Shown here: piece by piece, positions 53,329 through 64,000 of the stretch
Position numbering within the stretch: position 1 is the first letter of the stretch
Layout: the number at the start of each line of letters is the position of its first letter
NCBI RefSeq assembly: GCF_009914755.1
Contig: NC_060933.1
Length of the DNA: 64,000 nucleotides
Direction: 5' to 3' (one strand)
Source: the human T2T-CHM13v2.0 reference genome, Homo sapiens
Translations under genes and position numbers: made by a program
The notes under the pieces: model-generated
What the model saw: only the letters and a program-made list of their open reading frames with translations
What the model was told of the DNA's origin: nothing
Database searches by the model: none

Positions 53329-53529
53329 GTATCCAAAATGTTGAAAGATTATGACTGGATTAATGCAGAGAGACACCTCTTTGGCCAACCCAATAGTGCC
53401 TATGATTTCAAAACTAACAACCCTAAAGAAGCTGGTCAGAGACTTCAGAAGTTGCAAGAAATGAAGGAGAAACTAGGAAGAAATGTCAATATGAGAGCTA
53501 TGAATGTATTGACAGAAGCTGAAGAGCGA
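53329..53529 (+). CDS. SMC2: SMC2 exon 21
   Basis: GGCTAG|[15 protein letters not shown]...EAEER|GTAAGT; 201 nt. Confidence 0.95.
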
Positions 53530-55075
53530 GTAAGTCAATTTCTTATGAATATCTGGCCGCATTAGAACATGACTAGCATTGACAGCTCTGTATGACCTCT
53601 GATGCAATTATTAGAGTTAACCTTTTGCAGATGTCCTTGATACTTTTCTTTCTGCTTTCCTTTTTCTCTTTTCGTCATTTTTTTCTTATTACTCTTATGC
53701 ATCATTAGTTGTTTTTACATTCTATTACACCTGGAATGACTTTTTCACTGGCTTTTGTTCTTTGTCAAACATAATTCCTCACATTTCTATCATTTCATTT
53801 CTTTCACTTGCATTGAAAAGCCTTGAATAGGATATACTTCTGTCATCCTCTTGACTCTACTGTATACTGAAACTATATAAGTAATGACTAAAGCCATTAT
53901 ACACATAAATACTGTTTCACTGATCTGTAAATTCTGCAGCCTCTTCTCAGTTTTAATGCTCTCAATTACTCAATAATGTTATTCTTCCCTAACCTGACAA
54001 AACTTTGAGTCTGGGAAGGGAGTTTACTGTCATCTAGTGATGAACTTGGGAGGACCTATCACTAGAAAAACCCAGTGGGGGAAGCATTCCCTACTCTTAA
54101 GATAGCCATAAGAAATGGCTATCTTAGTAATTTTATATTAATGCCCCTATTAATGCCCCATACCTTCCTGAATGCTGGAAAATTCTGTTTGAATTTGCAA
54201 ATCAGAGTAAAATTCATGAGAAATCTGCGACACTGATAATAGCACAGTTACTTTGAAGAAATTTTACCATAATTTTTTTTAACTGTTTTTGGCATGAATA
54301 TGCACAAAGAGTCTATATTATATTAGATACCAAACAGATGAATCATGCAGGTATTGTGATCTCTCTAGAAAATGCTCCTGCTGGTTTTCATTTCTACATT
54401 AAAGCTTTGCAATATGTGATATATTTGTAGAAGGAAAACTTTGGTCTGAATTTGATCTGCATAACATGAAACTTGTTCACTTTTACTCGTTTACTTCTAT
54501 TAGATGAGACCTGAGTCTAATATTTTTTTCAAAAGAATTTATCAACTCCCATCTCTTTACCAGAGGAGAAGCCTATATTGTTGATCAGCAGATGGCCTTT
54601 TTTTTTCTTGTGTTTTGTATCTATCTACATAAGCAATTACATGGATTTTCATGAAAAAATAAGATAAAAATGTAGAGAGAAGGTTAGGGGAGCGTGGCTG
54701 TAAAGAAGAGGGACAGCAAGGAAAACAGCAGGACTGGCTAGAATTGTTAAAGGTGAATGTGAAGCCTCCTTGAAATGTAGGGCTTTGAGGAGAAATGAAT
54801 TAGGAAGAGTTTTAGGAAGTCCCATTGCTGTTCATGGTATGATTATCCCTCTACAGCCTTGCTTGAAGGAAGACTACTCTAAAGTGGTGATATTTGAGCT
54901 GAAATTTCAGGCAACCGTTATGTCAGAGAAAGAGCATTCCAGGAAGGGAGAATAGTGCAGGGGCCATAAGACAATAGTGAGTTTATTATGTTCAAAGGAG
55001 CTGTAAAAGACCATATGGCCAGAACCTGGGGAGGAGTTTAATGCCATAAAGTCAAGGGATAAATAAGGTCCAATT

Positions 55076-55207
55076 CCCTTTATCCTGATGCATACAGGGC
55101 TTAAAACCTGGTTGATTGGTGCAGCAAGCCATCATGGCACATGTATACCTATGTAACAAACCTGCACATTCTGCACATGTATCCCAAAACTTAAAATTAA
55201 AAAAAAG
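55076..55207 (+). mobile_element. Very short L1PA 3' end insertion
   Basis: TATACCTATGTAACAAACCTGCAC...ACTTAAAATTAAAAAAAA; TSD TAAGGTCCAATT (55064-55075, 55208-55219). Confidence 0.9.
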
Positions 55208-55693
55208 TAAGGTCCAATTTATGTGGTTCCTATATATCATGGTGAAGGATCAAAATTTTGTTCATGTCACTGCTAAGGCTGACCTTAAGAGGAGAGCTTT
55301 CAGGGCTCCTTTTACTTAAGTTTATATGTAACACTTTTTTTTTTTTTTTTTTGCCTTGGCTGCTAAGGAGATAAGGGAATATTAGTGGAGTCAAAATATT
55401 TTAAGGACTTTGTCTTATAAATTCTTAGTTCTAGTAATTTAGTTATATACATATGGATGATTTTATTCCTAATTTTGTTAAGAGTGTGTATATGAGTGTG
55501 TATATACACACACATCATACAGTATATGTATAGTATATGAGTATATATAATTCTTAGTGCATTATATCTTTTTGGTAAATAGCAATGTATGTATTGTATA
55601 TAAAAATAATGAAACCTGTTTATTTCTGACCAAATTCCAGAATATAGAAGAGATTTTATATTTTCCCAGTTAACCATGTTTTTTATCTCATAG

Positions 55694-55810
55694 TACAATG
55701 ACTTGATGAAGAAGAAGAGAATTGTAGAAAATGACAAATCCAAAATTCTTACAACTATAGAAGACCTTGACCAGAAGAAAAACCAAGCCCTAAATATTGC
55801 ATGGCAAAAG
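55694..55810 (+). CDS. SMC2: SMC2 exon 22
   Basis: TCATAG|[15 protein letters not shown]...IAWQK|GTACTT; 117 nt. Confidence 0.95.
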
Positions 55811-57811
55811 GTACTTTTTATGTTTGTTTTATATGAGGTTGCAAGGATGAAAAAATATCATCAGTGGAGTTATACTCTATAAGAAATTTGAAATAGCTGA
55901 TCTATGTTTGAATGAGGCACATATTCACACCTTAATTAAAACCTCTGACTTTTAAATGCATTTTTTTCTTTTTGAACTTGACTACTACCAGATCCTGGCA
56001 TTCTTGTACTTCTGTAAGAATTGGATAGTAAACAAGCCAAGTTTAGTATTCTCTTTTACAGGATGCTTATTCAACAAAATCCCAATTCCATTTTGTTTTA
56101 TGACAACTTTGGCAGATCTTAGGCTTCTTTACTGTTACTTCTACTTCCCTGACTTCATGTATCTGTCTCCTATAGGATAATTCCTTAGCCTCTCATGTGG
56201 AAGTTTTTCCATTTTTACTATAGCGGAAGATTCTTACTTCAGAGATTCCAAACATAGAGTTACTGTGCTGTTTGGTAGTTTAGCAAACCTGTGCCTTCTG
56301 GGTTTTAATGGGGCACCTTGCCTCTTTTTCTCTTTGTAATTCTGTAGGAACTCTATCTTCAGTAATGCAGCACAATTATCCCTTTTAGTCACCTTGTTTT
56401 TTTCTTCTCTAAGACTTATTTTCAGTGCTCCATTCCCTGTAATATTTTTCTCTTAAAAATGGAAGCAAAAGGCTGACCCTATTAATTAGTGTGCAGCATG
56501 TCGATTTAACACTGGATCTGAGAGGTTTTTTTTTTTTTCTTTTTTCCCACCAGGATTCGTGGACTTAGTACAAATCAGAATCTATTGTCTAAACATATCC
56601 TGCTCTTCCCAAATTTCCAAGGTTCTTCCAAAGCCAGTAACATTTATTCAGTGCTTATTATATGCCAGTCACTATTCTCAAATTAATTTTCTCATCTAAT
56701 CTTCACAATAATCTAACAAAGTAGGTACTGTTATCAGCATTATATTCTTCCTTCTGGCTTCAGGCTTACTTGATTGACAAAGTGACAAAGCCAGAGTATT
56801 CTAGGCTTTTTTTGTTTTTGGTTTGTTTTCTTCATAGCCTCATTGGACTTGCAGAATTCTCTTTTATTTCATCTTTATATCGATCTATGAATATAACTCA
56901 TTTTCTGTGTAGCATAGGGCTGTATTCTTCTCTGTCCATTCTCTTTTGGAGGAAGTTTCACACTGGGTCTCTGGTTCAAGTTTAGTAGCATTCCTCTCTC
57001 TTGGTCCTGAGCTGCCTGTCCCACACTTGGCCTAGAACCTGCTTCCACTCTGTAGGATATTATTCAGCAGCCATGTACTTGCTTTTAAAATGTGTGTTAC
57101 TTAGTAAATCTATATTTAGGATCACTGCTTGTGTCTATGAGATTTTCTTGTTACTATAAGTATTCATTAAAAAGTATATTTACATTTGAATATTGTATAC
57201 CTGCATTGGAATTTGGAGATTTCTCTAGAGAACTTGGCTGTCAAGTCCTTTGTGTGTATGTGTGTTATGCTTTCAAGTTTGACTGCCGAACTAAGAATAT
57301 TAGTCATGTCTTTGAAGACAGATGGCCAAATTCCCAAATCATCAATCAAGTGCGTATGAACAAAAATTACCCTATTACAAGCTAGGATTTTGGCCCTAAA
57401 TCTCTGTCTCCTTCTATGGCAAGACAGGGGCAGGCCAAACAGCTTTCTTTTCTCTTGGGATGTAATCCTGTTTCTGGCCCTCAACAGCTTAACCTCTTCG
57501 GCTAGGAGATGAGGTATGTAGAAAAGAAGGCTTTAACAGATCTGGTCCTTTGATTTCATGCCCCTTTTTCTCCTGGGCCTCACATTGATCTACTTAGGCC
57601 TTTGGACAACAGGAAAAAGAAAAGTTTTAGAGGATAACATTTTATTCCAAAAATACTTGTGTTTTTTTGTTTGCTTCTCTATTTTGTGTTTTTTTTCCTC
57701 ATGTGATACAATTGTGTGTATCTTGAGGATTCCTGCAGTGTGTTCTACAAAAGTGTCAAAACTTTGGACTAGAGTTAGAGGTGTGCCTTCTAGTTCCCCT
57801 GGAAATTAGAG

Positions 57812-57988
57812 CAGGATTCAGTAATTCATTTTTGTAAAGGGCCATATAGTAAATATTTTTTGCTTGGGAGCCCATCCAGTCTCTGTTGCAACTACCTGAT
57901 TTTGTCTTATCACTAGCACCGATAGACGCTTTGTAAATGAATGAGCATATCCAGATTTTTCACATGGGCCATAGTTTGTCAGCCCCTG
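57812..57988 (+). mobile_element. MER58A (hAT-Charlie)
   Basis: TGTAAAGGGCCATATAGTAAATATTTT...GGGCCATAGTTTGTCAGCCCCTG; 8-bp TSD AATTAGAG/AGTTAGAG. Confidence 0.85.
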
Positions 57989-58099
57989 AGTTAGAGTAAT
58001 AGACAAAGTAGACCTGCTGTGTTGCATATACATATATCAACAATTGATTCTTCTTGGAAAGCATCCTGATGTTTTAACTTTTTTATTTTTTAAATCCAG

Positions 58100-58260
58100 G
58101 TGAACAAGGACTTTGGGTCTATTTTTTCTACTCTTTTGCCTGGTGCTAATGCTATGCTTGCACCACCAGAGGGTCAAACTGTTTTGGATGGTCTGGAGTT
58201 CAAGGTTGCCTTAGGAAATACCTGGAAAGAAAACCTAACTGAACTTAGTGGTGGTCAGAG
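58100..58260 (+). CDS. SMC2: SMC2 exon 23 (ABC signature LSGGQ)
   Basis: ATCCAG|[15 protein letters not shown]...[10 protein letters not shown]|GTGAGG; 161 nt. Confidence 0.97.
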
Positions 58261-58829
58261 GTGAGGAATCACTTTGCTATATTATAAATATTATAATTTT
58301 CATTCCTCTTTATTATAATTCATCTCCTTACCTTAAAACTGTATTTGTGTTTTAACTACCTTTGCATGTAGAATTTAAGGAGTCTAATATATAAGACTAA
58401 ACAATTTGGTTAAAACATTTGATTAAAATAGGTGACAAAGGAGGAATAAGCAAATAGAAAATTAGACAAAACATGTTTTTAAAAAATCTATTTTCAAATA
58501 TTAGAAAATGAATAGTCCAGGACAAGATGAAACAGAAATGCTGAGCCCTATGTTCACCCTGGCTTTCTCTCTAGAGGCAGTTTTTGGACTTCAGTTGCCT
58601 AAACAGAGGTCAGTAGTATCACTAAGTTAAAAAGACAGATTAGAATTTTGCAAAGCCCTAGAGTGCTGCACCTTGGCATTAGGTCTCTACTGTCCCTGAA
58701 GTGAAGCCTAATGTAGACACATCCTAAGAAACTGAACAAATTTTTTGAAGGAACCAAACTGTTATTTGTTTATCAGAACAAAGGCCAGTGTTCTTTAAAG
58801 AAGGTTAAAAAAAATTGAGATACTAAACA

Positions 58830-59690
58830 ATATAACCACAATGTCCAGCATGTAATCAAAATTAAAGAGAAAAATTAGTGAGTAGAAACAGACTCTGAAA
58901 TGACAGATGATGCAAGTAGGAGAGATGATGCAAGTAGGAGACAAGTTAATCCAAGAAAACATGAACATAATGAGAGAAATAGAAGCTACTAAAAAGAATT
59001 AAGTGAACTTTCTAGAGATTAAAAAAAAGTTTACTGCATGAGATTAATAGGAGATGAGATACTGTAAAAGAAAAATCAGTAAATTTGAAGACATAGCAAT
59101 AGAACAGAATCTGTTCAAGCTACATTGAGAAATAAAAAACTGGAGAAAGAAAAAACAACCAGCTTTAGTGTTCTAAGGGAAGCTGTCTAATGGGCAAGTA
59201 ATTGGAGTTCCAAAAAGAGAGGAATACTTGAAGAAATCATGGCACCATGTTTTCCAGATTTGATGAATTCTGTAAACCCACAGACTTGAGTTCTATCAAC
59301 CTCAGGCAGGATAAACAGAAACACATACAAAATAACAAAGCAAAAGATACATAAAACTGCTGAAAACCAGTGATAGGAGAAGAATCCTAAAAGCAGCTAG
59401 AGGAAAAGAGACATTATGTGCTAGTGAACAAAAATAAAAATGACTTTAGACTTCTTGTTAAACACTATGTAAGCCAGAAGTCTGGAACATCCGTAAAGTG
59501 CTGAAAGTATATGTCAACTTAGAATTGTATATCTAACAGAAATATTCTTCAAATTGAAGGCAATATGAATACTTTTCAGACAAAAACAGCAGAACCATAC
59601 TACAGGTTAAAGGAAGTTCTCAGGCAAAAGGAAAATGATACCAGATGGAACCTTGGATCTACATAAAGGAAAGAAGAGTGTTGGAAACTA
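58830..59690 (+). mobile_element. Ancient L1M ORF1-region fragment, intron 23
   Basis: TTGAAGAAATCATGGC..TTTCCAGATTTGATGAA, AAAGCAGCTAGAGGAAAA, AAGCCAGAAG motifs of decayed L1 ORF1. Confidence 0.75.
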
Positions 59691-60489
59691 ACATGGATTT
59701 GGAGTTCAGGGAAGTTTCTCCTGACCTTACACAGTGATTCAGAAAATCAGCATAGTGATAGAAACCTAAAAGGTCATATGTCCTTACACCTTACCTACCA
59801 ATAGCCAATTAATTAAAACCTCCTGAAAGAAGGTTGTCAATATTCACATAATTGAAATTCGTGATTCATTTAGTAATTGGTTTTTTTCTCCTGCATGGTA
59901 TATAATCCATAGGCCTTGAATTATTGTTCTCTGTCCTGTAATTCCATCATGTAACCCTTTTTTATGTACTTAGAAAATATTGACACCTGTTAATGTTCCT
60001 TATGACCCCCTTTATCATTTTTATGAGTAGAAATATATTTTATTTATATTTTTATAAAATTTGTAAATAAGAATCAAAAATACAGCTCCTGCTGCCTGTT
60101 CATAAAAATTGGATTCCACAGTTTAGTTCCCAATATCTTTAGCTATATTTGCCGAAGCCCTAGAAAATGTTTTGAGGAAAATAGAAAATGTATGCTTCTC
60201 TTCTTACTGGGACCTATAAATTATTTCCATAATTAAGATGCTATAAAGTTATTTTTAGATATACCACTATCCAACATGGTAGTTAAACCCTTCAGCACAG
60301 CAGAATTTTTTTTTTAAGATTAAGTTTTAAAACTCAATACTTGAGGCACTCATCACAGAGAAAGACAAAGAAACATAATTTTAGGTTGGCTGAATGAGTT
60401 TAGCTCCCTTTTATAGAGGTGATTAACAGTCTCACTGTGATTTGGTTTTGATGATACTGTTTTATTCTTTTTTTTTTTTTTTTTGGCTA

Positions 60490-60891
<402 letters not shown>

Positions 60892-61728
60892 CTATTCTAG
60901 TACTGTATGCCAGGATGTACTTGAAGTTACAGAATAAGTATATTACAAATGCTACTCTAATTTTTAGTCTAATGTTAAGTAATTATACATATTTTATATT
61001 AAAATAAGGCTTTTTATGAATTATATATTTGTAAAGAAAAAATATAATAATAATTATGATTCTTCATACCAGATTAGAATGAGCTGCAGTAAGCTAAAAG
61101 AGAACTGAAAATAGTGCTGTGGAACCTGAGATTAGGTGTAACTATGAATTTTACATAAGATTGTTTGAACTTTTGACAGTGATGTACTTAGAGTAATGGC
61201 CATAGTCTATACAACTTATTCACAAATGGTACCAAAAAATATATAGATTGTGTGTGTGTCTGTCTGTGTGTATATGCATGTTTATGTAAGTGTTTACATT
61301 ATGAAAGTTTGAAAAATGACATCTAACTCAGTTACTGTTACCAAGATCATAGTTATTGTCTTAAATAATGACCATAGCTCTTACCTGCTACCTAGGCTCT
61401 AATGAGCCAACTGGGGAAGGGAAACAAAAAGAAATTTTAAAACTAACATGATCTTAAGAATAGGTGCCAAACGTAATATGGCAATATTAAAATTGTCTAT
61501 GAAAATAGCATGCTTCCGAAAAGAGGAGAAATGGAAAGCTAAAATAAAAGAAATAATATTTTAATACAACAAAAGTGTTAAAGTTTGAAACTCAAGATTC
61601 TTTTTTTTATATGACTACCTTTCAGATAAATCTGCTCTATTCACAATAATAGGATCACATATTTGCTTCAGTGTTTTGATAAGTGATAAAATCAAATTTT
61701 TATGGCTTTTCTTCTGACCTTTTCTTAG

Positions 61729-61876
61729 GTCTTTAGTGGCCTTGTCATTAATACTGTCCATGCTTCTCTTCAAACCTGCTCCAATTTATATCCTTGATGA
61801 GGTAGATGCAGCCTTGGATCTTTCTCATACCCAAAACATTGGACAGATGCTGCGTACTCATTTCACACATTCTCAG
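61729..61876 (+). CDS. SMC2: SMC2 exon 24 (Walker B, D-loop)
   Basis: TCTTAG|.[30 protein letters not shown]...FTHSQ|GTAAGA; 148 nt. Confidence 0.97.
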
Positions 61877-62849
61877 GTAAGAACCAGGAAAAAAAGTCTC
61901 AGTAATAGTTTAATTAGACTATTTTTCTAAAACCATTCTTTAGTTAGTAGTCAATGTTAATAAGATATTTAGGGTTGATAAATACTAAAGCATTGTATAT
62001 CTATTTAAATAGACTTATGTTTAAATAGGTATAGAAGGAAAAAAGTTTCACTCTCCTTTTTAAGAAAGAGCTAGGCATTAAAAATGTTGGTTGTAGCATG
62101 AGGGAGATTCCAATTTAGTCATAATACAGAATTGATTTAGGGTTAATATAATTGTTTTCTCTAGTTAACTACCATAAAGATGTACAATCAAAACAAAACT
62201 GTCTCCGGGATATTTAACTGAGGTATCAGAAAATCATGTGACACTTGATGGGGAAATTTAATTTCTCATGGCTAAAAAGTAGAACAAAGAAAGCCTCTTG
62301 AAGCTAAGAACAGTTTGTTTTTAATGCACTATTGCTGTAGGAGCTGGGGCTGCCAAATATGCTTGCATAAATTATGCATTGTACAACTCTGGGGACTCCA
62401 CTCATAGTTACCATGGATTGTGTATTTATTATAGCAGTGTTTTGGCAAATAACATTGAATGGGGCGGCGGGGCAGTGCCTAATTATTCAGAAGTTCTGTT
62501 TGGGCTAGTGGTGTGCTATAGGAACTTGAAACCTTCTTTGATATTAAAATGTCACAAGAAAAATATCTCACTAGAGCAGCTTTAGTTAGCAACAAAACTG
62601 AATGCCAGCTACAAAAGATAGCAACAAGCAGTCAACCACCAGGAAATAGTAAAATTGGGTAATGAAGTACCCAAAGTAAAATTAAGAGACTTCTAAAACA
62701 ATATGGACAGCTAGCATTCATTTAGGTGCCTCATATAACTATTTAAAGAAATAAAATTATCTCCAAACCATTCTTATCACCAGTATAAAGGAGTAAACTT
62801 CAAGTATATCACAAAAAGTTTTTTTATACTTTTTTCTTTTTTCCTTAAG

Positions 62850-63026
62850 TTCATTGTGGTGTCACTAAAAGAAGGTATGTTCAACAATGCAAACGTTCTT
62901 TTCAAAACCAAGTTTGTGGATGGTGTTTCTACAGTAGCCAGATTTACTCAATGTCAAAATGGAAAGATTTCAAAGGAAGCAAAATCCAAGGCAAAACCAC
63001 CCAAAGGAGCACATGTGGAAGTTTAA
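62850..63026 (+). CDS. SMC2: SMC2 exon 25 coding part with stop
   Basis: CTTAAG|[16 protein letters not shown]...PPKGAHVEV*; TAA at 63024-63026; 177 nt. Confidence 0.97.
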   Translation, partial: FIVVSLKEGMFNNANVLFKTKFVDGVSTVARFTQCQNGKISKEAKSKAKPPKGAHVEV

Positions 63027-64000
63027 ACTACAAAGTTATTTCTTCATCTTGACCTGTTTTTTTAAATGTAAACTTTTAAGGACTTGAGATAACTAATTTG
63101 TTTATATACAAAAATTAATGTTACTGTGTTACTTAACCCATGTTTTCTCTTTATATAATCACTTATCGCTTACAAATGAGCATATATTCCTCATCTCTTA
63201 ACTAGTCTAATTATGGTCCAATTATTGTGGTTGTGATTTTATGCATATCATCAAATGTTTTTTTCTTATGCGGGTCTTTTATATATTAGGGATCCTGAGA
63301 TACCCGATTCTATATGTAAAAGCTAATATACAAAAAAGCAGATTAAATTACATGATAAATGTAGCTGATCATCAGTGTTTAATTGATTTAATTCCTAAGG
63401 CAATATTAATGTGTTTTCTAAAGTCATTCAGGTAAGGAAGAATTATAAATCAGGTAACTGGACCAACAAAGGGAACACATATAAAGCTATTATGCATGCA
63501 TGGAGCCGTTTGAGGCTAGTTTTTTAAGGCCACAACTCCAGACCCCTGATTTAGACTGAGATAGGAAACAGATCTTGAAAGAATCCTTATTTTAATGATA
63601 CATGAATATCATGTTCCTATACGCTTAATAATTGGTCTCTACATTTTAATGATACATGAATATCATGTTCCTATACGCTTAATAATTGGTCTCTACGACT
63701 TTAATGTTTTTGTTTTTTTAAGCTGTGTAAGTATTTTTAAATCAAAGCTTAGGAGGTGTGTTGCGTGGTACTATCTGCTGCAAATTTATCTGAAGTTTGT
63801 TAATATTTTCCAAGATTTTTGTCAGCCTTTTCATAATCCAGTCATTAACAATCTATTGGTAAACAAGAATGTAGGTGCCAGTAGACTAAACCAAATTTAT
63901 TTTTCCCTGAGTCTGATATATATATGTATAAATATAAATAACTCAATCCATCTGTTCCACCAAAATAACTCAAAAGTTGGATGATTATTTGTCTTCCGCT
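63027..64000 (+). other. SMC2: SMC2 3' UTR (partial)
   Basis: AT-rich sequence after the stop; ATTAAA at 63342-63347; no canonical AATAAA noticed. Confidence 0.8.
63589..63696. repeat. Perfect 54-bp tandem duplication in the SMC2 3' UTR
   Basis: ATTTTAATGATACATGAATATCATGTTCCTATACGCTTAATAATTGGTCTCTAC at 63589-63642 and 63643-63696. Confidence 0.97.

Noticed and set aside
62850-62873. Switch-loop His absent (FIVVSLK)
   Set aside because: Normal for SMC2-type heads; not an inactivating change
63600-63614. Triloop hairpin in the duplicated unit as a Roquin CDE
   Set aside because: Loop is AUA (R-Y-R), whereas CDE loops are Y-R-Y
63595-63984. 129-aa ORF with repeated MIHEYHVPIRLIIGLY peptide
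   Set aside because: The repeat is simply the 54-bp (18-codon) UTR duplication; AT-rich composition and no protein-like features

Overview
Primate (almost certainly human) genomic DNA containing the complete coding region of SMC2, the condensin SMC subunit, on the + strand. The gene has a CpG-island promoter (~17.4-18.55 kb), a non-coding first exon, and 24 GT-AG coding exons (ATG 19094, TAA 63026). These splice to 3594 nt, i.e. 1197 aa plus stop, and are followed by the start of the 3' UTR. The upstream 17 kb holds a two-LTR MER41 provirus (946-8674, - strand) with nested THE1, L1PA and MLT2A insertions, and probably the divergent lncRNA SMC2-DT. Intron 9 carries a decayed two-LTR ERVL-class provirus inserted into an L2. 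The rest is ordinary Alu/L1/L2/MIR/DNA-transposon content. I found no convincing new biological system. The best leads are regulatory: tandem STAT (GAS) sites in the MER41 5' LTR, an overlapping E2F/CHR/TCF element at the promoter, a strong-Kozak uORF, a perfect 54-bp 3' UTR duplication beyond a candidate proximal poly(A) signal, and inverted Alu pairs. Repeat family names are from recall of consensus sequences, not from a database search.
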